A stretch of 64,000 nucleotides of DNA, from NCBI GenBank assembly GCA_964016885.1, contig OZ024752.1:21328001-21392000 (forward strand). Direction: 5' to 3'. Source of the DNA: Eledone cirrhosa (Eukaryota). Positions 26,477 to 40,125 of the stretch are shown here, piece by piece (position 1 is the first letter of the stretch; every line of letters starts with the position of its first letter). Below the pieces are notes generated by a model that saw only the letters and a program-made list of their open reading frames with translations, searched no databases and was not told where the DNA came from. The position numbers and the translations under genes were made by a program.

Positions 26477-28665
26477 ATGTGTCAAGGAAAACCGTGATAT
26501 TGTCGGGGAGAAGTGTGTCCTTAATGATGATGGTGTACTTGCCATCACTGACACTGATAAGAAGGTAGCTTGGAAGTGTCACTACGAAAGGCTACTAAAT
26601 GAGGAGAATAATTGGGAGAAAGACAGTCTCCCCCACATCGACCCAATAGAGGGACCAGCAGTGCAAGTTGAAGGTAGTATAATAAGTAAGGCGATCGAAG
26701 ACATGAAGACGGGCAAGGCAGCCGAGCCTTCGGAAATAGTTGCCGAAATGCTGAAAGCATCTGGAACGGGGTCGTTCCGAAGGACTGGCGCAGCAGCATC
26801 ATCATTAAATGCTACAAGGGTAAAGGTGATGCCCTAGATAGGGGAAACTATAGAGGCATTAAATTAATTGACCAGGTCATGAAGGTCACAGAAAAAGTAA
26901 TAGCGCAACTAATCAGAGAGCGAATTGATATAGATGAAATGCAGTTCGGGTTTGTGTCAGGTAAAAGTACCACAGACGCTCTCTTCATTGTACGACAACT
27001 ACAGGAGAAGTACCTAGCATAAAGTAAACCCCTATACTTAGCTTTTGTTGACTTGGAGAAAGCCTTTGACAGAGTCCCCCGCTCGATTATCTGGTGGGCT
27101 CTTAGAAAATTAGGTGGTGATGAATGGCTAGTGAGAGCTATACAAGCCATGTATAAAGAAACAGTCAGCAAGGTTAGAATTAACAACGAATATAGAGAAG
27201 AGTTTAGCGTAAAAGTTGGTGTTCATCAAGGCTCTATCCTTAGCCCCCTACTATTTATTATTGCCCTTCAGGCTATAACAGAGCAGTTCAAGACCGGCTG
27301 CCCATGGGAACTCCTATATGTAGATGATCTAATGCTCATAGCTGAATCAATGGCCGAACTAGAGAAGAAATTCCAAACATGGAAGCATGGCCCAAGAATC
27401 AAAAGGCCTTAAAGTTAACTTGGCTAAGACTAAAGTTCTAGTTTGTAGGAAGGAAAATAGGGCACCGGTCCCATCTAGGAAATGGCCATGCTCAGTGTGT
27501 AGGAAAGGAGTAGGTAGAAACTCCATTTTATGTCCCAAATGCAAAGTATGGGTACATAAAAGATGTAGTGGGATCACAGGTAAACTATCTAAGAATATAG
27601 ATTTTATATGTGGCCGGTGTTCTGGTGCAATAAGTAGCAGCAAGTGCCCACAGAATACTAACTCATTCCATTGCACAGATGGTTCTATAGAAATAGTGGA
27701 CAGCTTCCGTTACCTGGGTGATAAAATCAGCAGTGGGGGAGGGTGCTCTGAAAGTACAGTAGCTAGGGTCAGAACGGGATGGAAAAAGTTCAGAGAGCTT
27801 ATACCACTATTGGCCGCTAAAGGATTCTCCCTAAAAATGAAAGGCAGGCTGTATGATGCCTGCATACGAACAGCAATGTTACATGGCAGTGAGACCTGGG
27901 CATTGTGTGCAGAGGATATACGCAGAATGGAGAGAAACGAAGCTTGCATGCTCCGCTGGATGTGTAATAGTAACATACGTGAACGGCAAAGCATAAACGT
28001 ACTAAGGGAGAAATTAGAAATAATAGGGATCAGATGTTGTTTACTCGAGGGAAGACTACGTTGGTATGGTCACGTGATGCGCATGAAAGACGACAGCTGT
28101 ATAAAAAAGTGCAGGGCAATAAAAATAGACGGTAGCCACGGAGTAGGCAGACCCAGAAAAACCTGGGACGACTTGATAAATTCCGACCTCACACACTTAC
28201 ACCTCTCCAAGACAATGTCACTGGACCGAGATCTTTGGCGCTACACAGTCATAGAGAAGACCCGCCTTACCTAAGTACAAAGTGAAACCTACTACAGTCA
28301 GTAGGCACCTCTAACAAAATACACCCCGTCCCACTACCCCCACCCCATCCACACCACCCTTCAATGTAAAGTTATGTTGGTGTCACAACATCCAGCCCGA
28401 AACAAATGAGGTCGTGTAGGTCTCACAACAAAAAAACACACAGTCCACGCTGTAATGTGGCCGTATAGGCAACACGGTAAAAACCTCCCAGTTCCACACT
28501 CTAAATGTGGTTGGTGTTAGGAAGGGCATCCAGCCGTAGAAGACCCGCCAGACAGTCCTATGCGAGCAAGACAACCACTCTTGCCTCAAGTGGGAAAACC
28601 CCCGTCCAAACCCATGCAAGCGTGGAAGATGGACGTTAAACGATGATGATGATGATGATGATGAT
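26477..28665 (+). mobile_element. RTE family A, 5'-truncated, with stop, deletion and frameshift
   Basis: RT fragments 27053-27412 and 27387-28274, YVDD variant, (GAT)n tail. Confidence 0.92.
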
Positions 28666-28681
28666 ATATATATATATATAT

Positions 28682-28749
<68 letters not shown>

Positions 28750-28786
28750 TATATATATATATATATATAGTTTTAATATAGATGAG

Positions 28787-28833
28787 ATTCTACAGGACTA
28801 GAACTGTTTCATTCATTAGAAATCATCAGGAAT
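28787..28833 (-). ncRNA. Minimal hammerhead, almost the whole of a ~65-bp insert in (TA)n
   Basis: Minus strand: ATTC-CTGATGA-TTTC-TAAT-GAAT-GAA-ACAG-TTCTAGTC-CTGT-A-GAAT. Confidence 0.78.
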
Positions 28834-28846
28834 ATATATATATATA

Positions 28847-29849
28847 TCATAATGTATAAAGCTCAGTGTGTGGTCATGCTCCTTCGTTATAGAAATCTAC
28901 AATATAGAATTTCTTCAATTGAAATTTACAACTCAGTACTCGAAATAGTTTCGATTGCGTCTTGACGCAGATAATGTTTTCAATTTCACCCACAATTACG
29001 CAAAAAAATAGATAAAACTCAATATTTTACGATTTTTCTCTCTCATTTAAACTGCTGAACTCTTTCCACTACCATTCAAAATCTATACAACTTCATACTT
29101 TCTGCTACTTTCTCTTTCGACGCTTGATGGTGATATTGTCCGTTCACACCACTCCCTACTGTCTTAAATTTAGAAAACACATATCCACTATGAGGTTACT
29201 AAACCTGCTAGAAACAGCAGCTAACTCTCCCCCATATCACACCCCTTCCCACACCACTCCCTACTGTCTTAAATTTAGAAAACACATATCCTCTATGAGG
29301 TTACTAAACCTGCTAGAAACAGCAGCTAACTCTCCCCCATATCACACCCCTCCCTACTGTCTTAAATTTAGAAAACATATCTTCTATGAGGTCACTAAAC
29401 CTGCTAGAAACAGCAGCTAACTCTCCCCCATATCACACCACTCCCTACTGTCTTAAATTTAGAAAACACATATCCTCTATGAGGTCACTAAACCTGCTAG
29501 AAACAGCAGCTAACTCTCCCCCATATCACAACCCTCCCTACTGTCTTAAATTTAGAAAACACACAGACAACCATGCAGAACAACTCCATCGCAGCTCTGT
29601 TGTTCAGCTGGCATCGTCTACGCGCATGTTGCGCAAGTACTGTGAAACAATAAATTTCAACACTTTTTTGCACAGAGATAATATCCATAGGCGAAACTAC
29701 AATTGTCACTGCTGGCCCAGCTCATGCTTCCAGGTCTGCAATTCATTCACCCAGTGCCTGGCAGACAAAAAAGTGCTGCCATAAAATGGGTGGTGCAACC
29801 TAACTTTGGTAACTTAATGACCCCGAGCAACGCCGGGCTTTAATGCTAG
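28847..29849 (+). mobile_element. Non-autonomous Helitron-like element
   Basis: Starts A|TC and ends CTAG|T. GC hairpin CCCG-AGCAACGC-CGGG lies 8 nt before CTAG. Internal minisatellite. Confidence 0.65.
29145..29562 (+). repeat. Minisatellite, ~93-bp unit, ~4.3 copies
   Basis: CCCTACTGTCTTAAATTTAGAAAAC at 29154, 29259, 29352, 29443 and 29536. Confidence 0.92.
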
Positions 29850-29855
29850 TATATG

Positions 29856-29886
<31 letters not shown>

Positions 29887-29940
29887 ATATATATATGATA
29901 TATATATATATGATATATATATATATATATTTATATATAT

Positions 29941-30455
29941 AAGATGTTACCTATGGATAACATCTTGTTACCCATAGGCAGATCTCACACAATGCAGCCT
30001 CGACAGATGAATACTGCTTGATTGTGGCTGACAGCTGATGCAACCAAGACACCATAGCAAAAACCAATATATGGAACATTATATTATGTAACATTATCCC
30101 ATTATTTTAATTTATATTCCTTTGAGTTCCGATGAGCCACTCTGTTTTTTAAATATGTTAATTATTTTCAACTGAACCAGATCAATTATGATATATAGTC
30201 ATCTGATCCAGAAGTATTATATGGAGTAGCGAAACAATTGTAAACGGACATTATTATTATTAATATTATTATTATTATTCTCTACATTCCTTACATCAAA
30301 CTAAAATATGTTGACAATCTTTTAATAATGTCTTCCTTGTGAAGTTTGTGGTCTTGCTTTACTTAACTAATTAATATTTCCAGCTCTGCGCACCTAACTT
30401 CTGCATGAACCCAGTCACCTAGCTGCTTTCTACTGCATATTTCACATTGAGCACA

Positions 30456-30457
<2 letters not shown>
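29941..30457 (+). mobile_element. PLE terminal fragment with hammerhead variant (U4C) at 30126-30245
   Basis: GTT-CCGATGA-GC.ACTC...GAGT.GC-GAAA-CAATTG-TA-AAC. Near-identical to 47591-47905. Confidence 0.55.
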
Positions 30458-30491
<34 letters not shown>

Positions 30492-30521
30492 TTATATATA
30501 TATATATATATAATATATATC

Positions 30522-30584
<63 letters not shown>

Positions 30585-30627
30585 AAAAGCGAAGTAGTTT
30601 CAGATGTTCAAGTCCTTTAATAATAAT

Positions 30628-30701
30628 GCTGTGATATATATTTCAATGACGACACTGGCCACACTGTTCTGTGTGCGAGTGTTGTGTCATCATCAGACAG
30701 C
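30628..30701 (-). ncRNA. Hammerhead ribozyme; partial inverted copy within 31547-31652
   Basis: Minus strand: GCTGT-CTGATGA-(stem II)-GAAA-TATATA-TC-ACAGC. An inverted repeat of ~105 bp links 30642-30747 and 31547-31652. Confidence 0.75.
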
Positions 30702-31942
30702 TTGTTACATAATAAGGTTATGTTTCCGAGGCAATCCAAATTGAATCATATGGATCATTTTGCATATATGTACTCTGTGTTTTTGCATTTATTCACTATT
30801 GGTTCTGTTCTTTTCTTTTGTGTACTTTATGTCTGTTTTTCTTTGATTTTGTTCCATGTGATGGAAATTATGACTGTGTACCAGATTGACTAATGCCTTG
30901 AACCCTGTAGTTTGCCCTCCGTTATAATGTACGGCACTGTCGTTCAATATGTGGATAGAGTAACTGTGACACTAGAATCCCTCTCAGAACTTATTACTTA
31001 AACATCTCTCTCCATATTATTTACTCACTTCAATCTATATTTTTACTCAATCCGAATTATCACTTTAAACATTTTTTGAATTTTGAATTTTTTAATTTTT
31101 TAATTGTTTAATTTATAATCTCTGATATTTGATTTAGGATTTTAATTTTTAATTTTTATTTCCAACTCTCACTCTCAACTTCCAATGTAAAACCACGATA
31201 CCTAGAATTAAGTTTATTTTCCCTTATGAGTTGATGGTCAGTCTTACTGTCAACACTTAGTGAAAGGTAGTATTATGACCTATAAAAACTAACACCCTCC
31301 CATCCTCTCTGGCTTTCGGCTGACTGCCATAGTCGTGATGGGTAGCAGTAAACTTTGGTAGGGCATAGGTGGGCCATTGTTTTGGCTGAGAGGGTGAACT
31401 GACTAAGCGAATTTCGTTGAAATCTGCGGTGGCTAATGGTCAACTTCCTTCGGACATGCGCTTGCGCAGACTGGTGGGGGTGAATTGGTACTCACAAGGG
31501 AGCGGATGAAAAACCCAAAAGCACAAACTTCATCCGTTCCCATGTCGATTCAATTTGGATTGCCTCGGAAACATAACCTTATTATGTAACAAGCTGTCTG
31601 ATGATGACACGACACTCGCACACAGAACAGTGTGGCCAGTGTCGTCATTGAATGTTATAATAAACCTTCAAAAGTGTGGGACTAGAGTTGTTGCTAAAAA
31701 ATATTGTAATCATTATATATCGTACATTCTGTGGCATCCTTTATAAAAATAGCTTAAACCAACGAAGCCTTTATTTTTACGCTATTTCACTTAGTTAATA
31801 TATATTTAATATAATATTAATATATTTTGTAATATTATTAACTAATTATTATAATTAGCGCTTCAGGCTTTGTCTATATACTGAAACAAATTTGTAAGTC
31901 ATTACCTAATTAAACTCTTTGCTTGAAATTTTATCATTCTTC

Positions 31943-32043
<101 letters not shown>

Positions 32044-32657
32044 TCTAGTCCTTCGCTCAAGATTAATCTATAAGTTTAGATGTCTGCCTTCGTTTAAGTA
32101 AATATTACAGTAAGATTTTTAATATAAACAACTACAAAAAACAATTAATATTAAAACGAAAAAATTATCAATGATAAAAGAAGCGGATGCAACTTTTTTT
32201 TTTATAAAGTTATATTCCTGTTTCTTTAAAGAACATTTCATTTTTGTTCTATTGTAGGCGAAATAATGCAATGGTTTAATAGGGAAGATATAACTTACCA
32301 ATTATGTCTCTAACCGTGTAACGCTTTTTAAGTAGATAACTACAATTGAAAATACTAAAGAAATGGAACCAACAATTCAATTTGAAAGTCGTCTACTTAT
32401 AGTGACAGTGTATTACTGGTACTTTATTTTATCGACCCTGTAACGATGAAAGGCAAAAATGCAAATGCTTAAAATTTAAATTGCCTTAATTCTATCGTCT
32501 GCTGTTTCATTAAAGGGAGATTCTCGTCTGTATTTAATTCTATCGTCTACTGTTCCACTAAACAGATATACCTCCACTATCGTCTCTATTTATACATTTT
32601 AACTTATAACTTATACACATTTGATTTGAAATATTTTATCTAGTCCCCCCTCTCAAT

Positions 32658-32702
32658 ATTATGATGATTTCTTTCGAATGAAACAGTTCTAGTCCTGTAG
32701 AA
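32658..32702 (+). ncRNA. Decayed hammerhead (C3A), same family as 28787-28833
   Basis: ATGATGA-TTTC-TTTC-GAAT-GAA-ACAG-TTCTAGTC-CTGT-A-GAA. Confidence 0.55.
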
Positions 32703-33094
32703 GCCATTTATATATATAATTGAACTGAGTTAAAAATTCACAATATTTATAATTAAATAAGCTCATATATATATGTGTGTATTTATCTGTTTATTGTATT
32801 ATATATAATGTGTGTATATACAGGATGTCCCCCAAAAATAAATACACACTTCAACAGCATTCTAATAACTATTGCCTGTACAGGTAATCAAAGTGTCAAT
32901 CGAATGTTAGTTTCGTGTTTTAACAGTACAAATTTACAATACACACATAAAACCAGTGTATATACATACATGAGTGTGTATACACATACATGAATGTGTA
33001 TATACAATATATATGTATATATATATAGACACATATATTCACGGTGCAACGGAACATTAAAATATAGATGCGGGGGGGGGGGGGGGAAGGTGTA

Positions 33095-33441
33095 TATATA
33101 GGGGCGCTGGGGATAAAGGAGTGTAAAGCGTAAGTGTGTAATTGATATATTGAAGGAGAGGAGCGTGCAGCGATAGAGTAACAAATATATAGAGAGGGGG
33201 AGAGATGGTATTGAAGGGGAGGAGTGCAAAGCGAAAGAGTAAGAGCGATATATATAGAGACGGAACAGATAGAGAGAAACAGGCGTAAGTAACAGTGGAA
33301 GAGATATAGAGAGAGGGGGTAATAAATAAATGGAAATATAAGTGTAACAGTATAAGAGATATATAGAGAGGGGGAAATGTGTTATTGAAGGGGGGGAGTG
33401 TAAAGCGAAAGCGTAAGATATATATAGAGAGAGGGGGAATA

Positions 33442-33442
<1 letters not shown>
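33095..33442. repeat. Degenerate purine-rich minisatellite
   Basis: Recurring GATATATAGAGAGGGGG..TTGAAGGGG..GAGTG(T/C)AAAGCG blocks. Confidence 0.55.
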
Positions 33443-33505
<63 letters not shown>

Positions 33506-33507
<2 letters not shown>

Positions 33508-33661
33508 ACACTTACTCTGATTGGTTGAAAATTAGCCAATGACATACGATCACCACCACCACGGCTATCCCCGGAAAATTTATGAAGAAGTTACGCATAT
33601 TTGTTAGAACACGAAAAGTGAACATTCTGTTGTTTCACACTTTTCGTGTTCTAACAGATAT
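33506..33661 (-). mobile_element. Small fold-back insert (~24-bp arms, 33597-33661) with an unpaired flank
   Basis: ATATTTGTTAGAACACGAAAAGTG...CACTTTTCGTGTTCTAACAGATAT between TA arrays. Confidence 0.45.
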
Positions 33662-34281
33662 AATATATATCATTATATATATATATATATAATATATATA
33701 ATATATATCATTATATATATATATATAATATATATCATTATAAACGTTTGAATATGTGTAATAAGGCCAAGACAATGCAGGTATGGACATAGAAAAAAGA
33801 ATGCAATAGTGAAAGATATTGATGTGAATTCGTCTTTCACCTTGAATTTATTTAAATGTCCTTAATTTTCGAGATAATATCTCTTCTTCGGAGGGAAGTA
33901 AAGGTCTCAAACCAGCGTCTTTAAATCTCTAGCCAAGGCATGCTGACCGGAAATAGTATAGAGTATCTGTTCTAACTCTAATATCAAAGAATTAAAATTA
34001 GGTGGATAAAGAGTAGTCTCCCTTTAAGAGGGGTTTGTTTAGGTTTTTTTTTTATTTTTATTTTATATACGTGCCTGTATATGTGTGTGGGAGAATGCAT
34101 GAAGGTGTAGGTATGTGGGTGTGTGTGTGTGAGTGTGGGAAGATAGGTCTAATCGTAAAAGTGAGGGGTAGGTGTTATCTGGTGTTAGAACTGGTTTTGT
34201 GTGTGTATGTGTGAGAGAGAATAAGTGGAGGTGTGCGCGTGCGTGTGTGTGGGGTGTGTAAAATTGGGGCTAGAGGCCCTA

Positions 34282-36862
34282 TCAGGTTAGAAATTGGGTG
34301 TTGAGCTCTAGTCTATTATTGATTGGTGGATGTGTTCTATCTATAATAAGTGCTTCCTTAATTCTAAGATTGCCGAGGTTTCTTTCCTTAGTTTCTATCC
34401 TAACTGTTATGTTTTTATCAGTGTTTTTGCATTTAACTAGGTGTTTCTTAAATGAGGAAGCGTTAGTATTGAGGTGTTCTTTTATTCTTATGTGGAGTGG
34501 TCTGGTGGTGCTACCTACGTAGAAGTTGTTGCATTTGTCACACTCTCGTCTGTATACGACGTAAGCCTGGTGGCATAGGTCTGTGTCGTTGATGGGGCAG
34601 TTGGCTAGTCTGCAGCAGTTGTCATGTCTGGTGGAGTGTCTCTTAGCCAGCCGTCCGCGCAAAGAAGGGCCCGAGTGGGCCAGCTGGATATCCAGTCCCT
34701 CTCGTCTGATGGCTCTGCGGATGGCTGTTGTTGTTTCTTCACTGAAGTGTGGGAGCTTCAGGAAGCAAGTGTTAGTGCCTCGGGTGTGGTGTCCTCTGTT
34801 CTTTCTGGCACGGTTTGTGGTGGATGTCGTGTATCCGTTCAGTTTGAGTACTTCCAGGAAATGTGTGGTGTGTGTGTCTCGGTCTCTAGCGTCGGTGCAT
34901 TTGTTCCGGATACGTGCCAGTTCGTTCCTTATGTATCTGAACTTGGCACCGAGTGGGAGGGCCGATCTGAAATGTATGAACAGGTCCCTGCTGGCGGCTT
35001 TTTTATAGAAGCAGGTGTGGATGTTGCCTTCCTCTGTTACCCTGAGTTGGAAGTCCAGTAGGGATAGGGATCCGCGGTCATCGGGGTGTTCCATGCTGAA
35101 CTTTATACTGGCGTCCATGCTGGAGAATGTTGTGTATATTTTCTCTGCCTCCTCACGGGATGATGTAAGGATGAGTATGTCATCTACATATCGGGTGAAG
35201 AAGGCATGGGAATGGCAGGTGTTGAGGGCTCGGCATTCTAGCTGGTTCATGTAAGTGATGGCCAGCAGGCCCGAGAGGCTGGATCCCATGGGTAATCCTG
35301 TTGTCTGTCTGTATGTGTGGTGGTGGAAGGTGAAGTATGTGTTGTCTACTGTGAAGGACAAAAGCTGGTGTATGTCCGTCGGGTGGAGGCCGTAGCAGTG
35401 GATGTCCTCTGCGACCACGCAGTCCGTCAATAAATCGACAGCTGGGTGAGCGGGGACAGTAGTGTAGAGGGAGACAACGTCGAGGCTAAAAGCGTATTTA
35501 TTTAGTTTAAGTTGTTCTGGCTGGAGTTGGTGTAATCTACGTATAACTTCGTCGGAGCTACTGACATGTCCGCGGAAGGTGGAGAGTAGAGGCTTGAGGA
35601 CCTGGGAGAGAAGCCAGGAAATTTTGTATAGGGGTCCTTCTATGCTAGAGACGATGGGTCTTATTTGCGTCTTAGTGCTATTCTTGTGGGTCTTGATGAG
35701 GTGGTAGAAAGTGGGCAGTCTGCTATTTCTAGTGGTGTAGTTGAGTTTAATTTTATTCGGGAGTTGTCTTCTCCTACAGATATCGAACCAAATGGAGTTG
35801 GTCTGTTTTTCAATTTGGGCTGCGGTCATGTCCGGGATCACTGTGTACAATTCACTGTCGCTTAGGTGTTCGAAGGCTAGGTTATTGTATGTGGCTTGAG
35901 AGATGACGCAGAACTCTTTACCTTTGTCGGATGGTAAGTAAATAAGTTCCTTATTCCGTAGGTTCCTCAGGGCGAGTTGTTGTGTCCTGGAGAGGTTAGG
36001 GGCTATCTTCTTCTGTTTCCGTAAGATGTTAAATACGGAATTTTTAGTCTCGAGAGTTTTTCTTCCAGCTCGCGGTTGGCGGGCGGTGGATAGAGTGGGC
36101 GATCTAGTTGGTATATCGGGAATCTGGGTGTGGTGAATTCCGTGGTGTTGTTGTCGAGAGTCGATATCCATTTCAGTTGGTAGGCAGTCCGACAGAAATT
36201 CGTTTCTATGTCGAGCCATAGTCTGTCGTCCAGTCTCTGTTTCAATATGAACTTGGGACCCAGGCTGAGGAGGTCTAATTCCTCTCGGGAGAGGGATCCT
36301 GTCAAGTCTGTGACGAGGTGTTTTGCGTCAGGTGTGTTGTTGGTCGGGGTGCCGCTAGGTTCGGTGTTGGTAACGTATTGTTCGCCTCTGTTGGTGTTTA
36401 GCGTTGGGATGTTGTTAAGACAGTTGGCCGTCCTGAGTTTGAGAAATTTTTGTGTTAGGCGTATTTTCTCGTAGTCTCGGCGGTGGTGGTATGACCTGTC
36501 TATAGTGGCGGAGATGACCCTGGACAGAGGTTCTGGGGTTTCAGCGAGTTGTGGTACAAGGCTGGAGATAGTTCGTATGTGATGTTGTAGCGTGCAGTGT
36601 AGGTGTTGTATGAGTTTTCTTAGGCAGAATTTTTGTATGTAACTAAGTGATCGTTTGAGGCCTGGTGATTTGAAGCATGTTGGTAGGTGCACATTTTTGA
36701 TAGTTTTGGGGAAGATGTTGTTATTCAGGCATCGTTTTAGGAAGTTTATTTGGCAGCCGGCTTTGGCGCGCTTTTCAGATAGCTGGAAGAGTTTCTTTAG
36801 AGTTGTGAACTGGGCCTGGCTCAGCGTAATGAAAGGAGGAGGTTATAGTTCACTTGAAGCAT
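34282..36862 (-). pseudogene. PLE ORF (N-terminal domain, RT, Cys linker, GIY-YIG) with two frameshifts (~36830, ~36040)
   Basis: Motifs: FLKRC..IFP, LLSLGPKF, SDKG, KTHK..IRPIVS, LDVVSLYT, GLPMGS, RYVDD, VVY..CDKC..YVGST..RIKEH..KEAL..INN. The ATG at 36862 is inferred. Confidence 0.88.
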
Positions 36863-36994
36863 TGTGTAATGAGGTATAAACGTTTGAATATGTGTAATAA
36901 GGCCAAGACAATGCAGGTATGGACATAGAAAAAAGAGTGCAATAGTGAAAGATATTGATGTGAATTCGTCTTTCACCTTGAATTTATTTAAATG

Positions 36995-37031
36995 TCCTTA
37001 ATTTTCGAGATAATATCTCTTCTTCAGAGGG
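36995..37031 (-). ncRNA. Minimal hammerhead in the 5' pseudo-LTR (3' copy at 33859-33895 has CCGAAGA)
   Basis: Minus strand: CCT-CTGAAGA-A-GAGAT-ATT-ATCTC-GAA-AATT-A-AGG. Confidence 0.72.
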
Positions 37032-37120
37032 AAGTAAAGGTCTCAAACCAGCATCTTTAAATCTCTAGTCAAGCCATGCTGACTATATATATCATTATAT
37101 ATATATATATAATATATATC

Positions 37121-37173
<53 letters not shown>

Positions 37174-37228
37174 TATATATATATAATATATATCATTATA
37201 TATATATATAATATATATCATTATATAT

Positions 37229-37396
37229 ATCGGTAGAGGGTCGGACGCTATGCTTTGACGTATAGAGTTACGGCCCTTGCCATTCTGAGTTCAAATCCCG
37301 CCGAGGTTAACTTTGCCTTTCATCCTTACGGGGTCGATAAAATAAAGTACCAGTAATACACTGGGCAATTGCTGGCCTTGTGCCAAAAGTAGAAAC

Positions 37397-37400
<4 letters not shown>
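37229..37400 (+). mobile_element. tRNA-derived SINE, same family as 23494-23683
   Basis: B box GAGTTCAAATCC and shared body and tail. Confidence 0.8.
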
Positions 37401-37440
<40 letters not shown>

Positions 37441-37543
37441 TATATATCATTATATATATATATATAACATATATCATTATATATATATATATATCATTAT
37501 ATATTTATATATATATAATATATATCATTATATATATATATCA

Positions 37544-37578
<35 letters not shown>

Positions 37579-37689
37579 ATATATATCATTATATATATAT
37601 ATATATAACATATATCATTATATATATATATATATATCATTATATATGTATATATATATAATATATATCATTATATATATATATATATC

Positions 37690-37722
<33 letters not shown>

Positions 37723-38020
37723 CATATATCATTATATATATATATATATCATTATATATTTATATATATATAATATATATCATTATATATATATATTGAT
37801 ATATATATATATATATAATATATATCATTATATATATATATTGATATATATATATATATAATATATATCATTATATATATATATATGTATATAACATATA
37901 TCATTATATATATATATATATCATTATATATGTATATATATATATCATTATATATGTATATATATATATCATTATATATATATATATATATCTCATTTAT
38001 ATATATATATATATATATAT

Positions 38021-38059
<39 letters not shown>

Positions 38060-38061
38060 TC

Positions 38062-38108
<47 letters not shown>

Positions 38109-38133
38109 TCATTATATATATATAATATATATC

Positions 38134-38180
<47 letters not shown>

Positions 38181-38182
38181 TC

Positions 38183-38231
<49 letters not shown>

Positions 38232-38239
38232 TATATATC

Positions 38240-38278
<39 letters not shown>

Positions 38279-38605
38279 TATATATCATTATATATATATA
38301 TATATATAACATATATCATTATATATATATATATATATCATTATATATTTATATATATATATAATATATATCATTATATATGTATATATATATAATATAT
38401 ATCATTATATATATATATATATATAACATATATCATTATATATATATATATATCATTATATATATATATATAATATATATCATTATATATAATATATATC
38501 ATTATATATATATATATGTATATAACATATATCATTATATATATATATATATATATCATTATATATGTATATATATATATCATTATATATATATATATAT
38601 ATCTC

Positions 38606-38639
<34 letters not shown>

Positions 38640-38692
38640 TATATATATATATATATCATATATATGTATATATATATCATATATATATATAT

Positions 38693-38849
38693 CATCATTT
38701 CATTTTACGTCCGCTTTTCCCTGCTTGCTTCCTTGATGTGAAATAAAGTGTCTTGCTCAAGGAAACAACACATCACCCGGTCTGAGAATTGAACTCACAA
38801 CCTTTCGATTGCAAGGCCAATGCTCTAACCACTAAGCCATGTGCCTCCA
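38693..38849 (-). mobile_element. tRNA-headed SINE with internal deletion and RTE-type tail
   Basis: A box TGGCTTAGTGG, B box GAGTTCAATTC. Ends GGACGTAAAATGAAATGATGAT like 3057-3335. Confidence 0.78.
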
Positions 38850-38951
38850 TATATATATATCTATATCCAACATTAAGATAATCAAAATTATGGATGTCAT
38901 GCCGGCAAGACATGCGCCATATCACCCGCAAAATAAGCTCTAAGATTCTAA

Positions 38952-39060
38952 CGAGCAAGACAATCACTCTTGCCTCAAGTGGGAAAACCCCCGTTCAAAC
39001 CCATGCAAGCATGGAACACGGACGTTAAACGTTGATGATGATGATGATGATGATGATGAT
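38952..39060 (+). mobile_element. RTE family A 3'-terminal fragment
   Basis: Matches 44372-44471. Confidence 0.85.
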
Positions 39061-39084
39061 ATATATATATATATATATATATAT

Positions 39085-39641
<557 letters not shown>

Positions 39642-39675
39642 TATATATATATATATATATCATATATATATATAT

Positions 39676-39728
<53 letters not shown>

Positions 39729-39880
39729 TATATATATATCATATATATATATATATCATATATATATATATATCATATATATATATATATATCATATATA
39801 TATATATATCATATATATATATATATCATATATATATATATATCATATATATATATATCATATATATATTTATATATATT

Positions 39881-39937
<57 letters not shown>

Positions 39938-39945
39938 ATATATAT

Positions 39946-39983
<38 letters not shown>

Positions 39984-40014
39984 ATATATATATATATTAT
40001 ATATATATATATAT

Positions 40015-40060
<46 letters not shown>

Positions 40061-40068
40061 ATATATAT

Positions 40069-40124
<56 letters not shown>

Positions 40125-40125
40125 T

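Larger units (their letters stand above)
33739..37083 (-). mobile_element. Near-complete Penelope-like element with direct pseudo-LTRs (33739-33947 and 36875-37083)
   Basis: Direct repeats of ~208 bp, differing at a few positions, flank an RT + GIY-YIG ORF. Confidence 0.92.

Noticed and set aside
29145-29562. CRISPR-like or hammerhead-like repeat (CTATGAGG...GAAAC)
   Set aside because: No unique spacers and a eukaryotic context. The core lacks CUGANGA, and GAAAC sits in a hairpin loop.
32819-32990. TA-CAGGATGTCCCCCAAAA, resembling a Tc1/mariner-type terminus
   Set aside because: No matching inverted end or transposase was found, so there is too little support.
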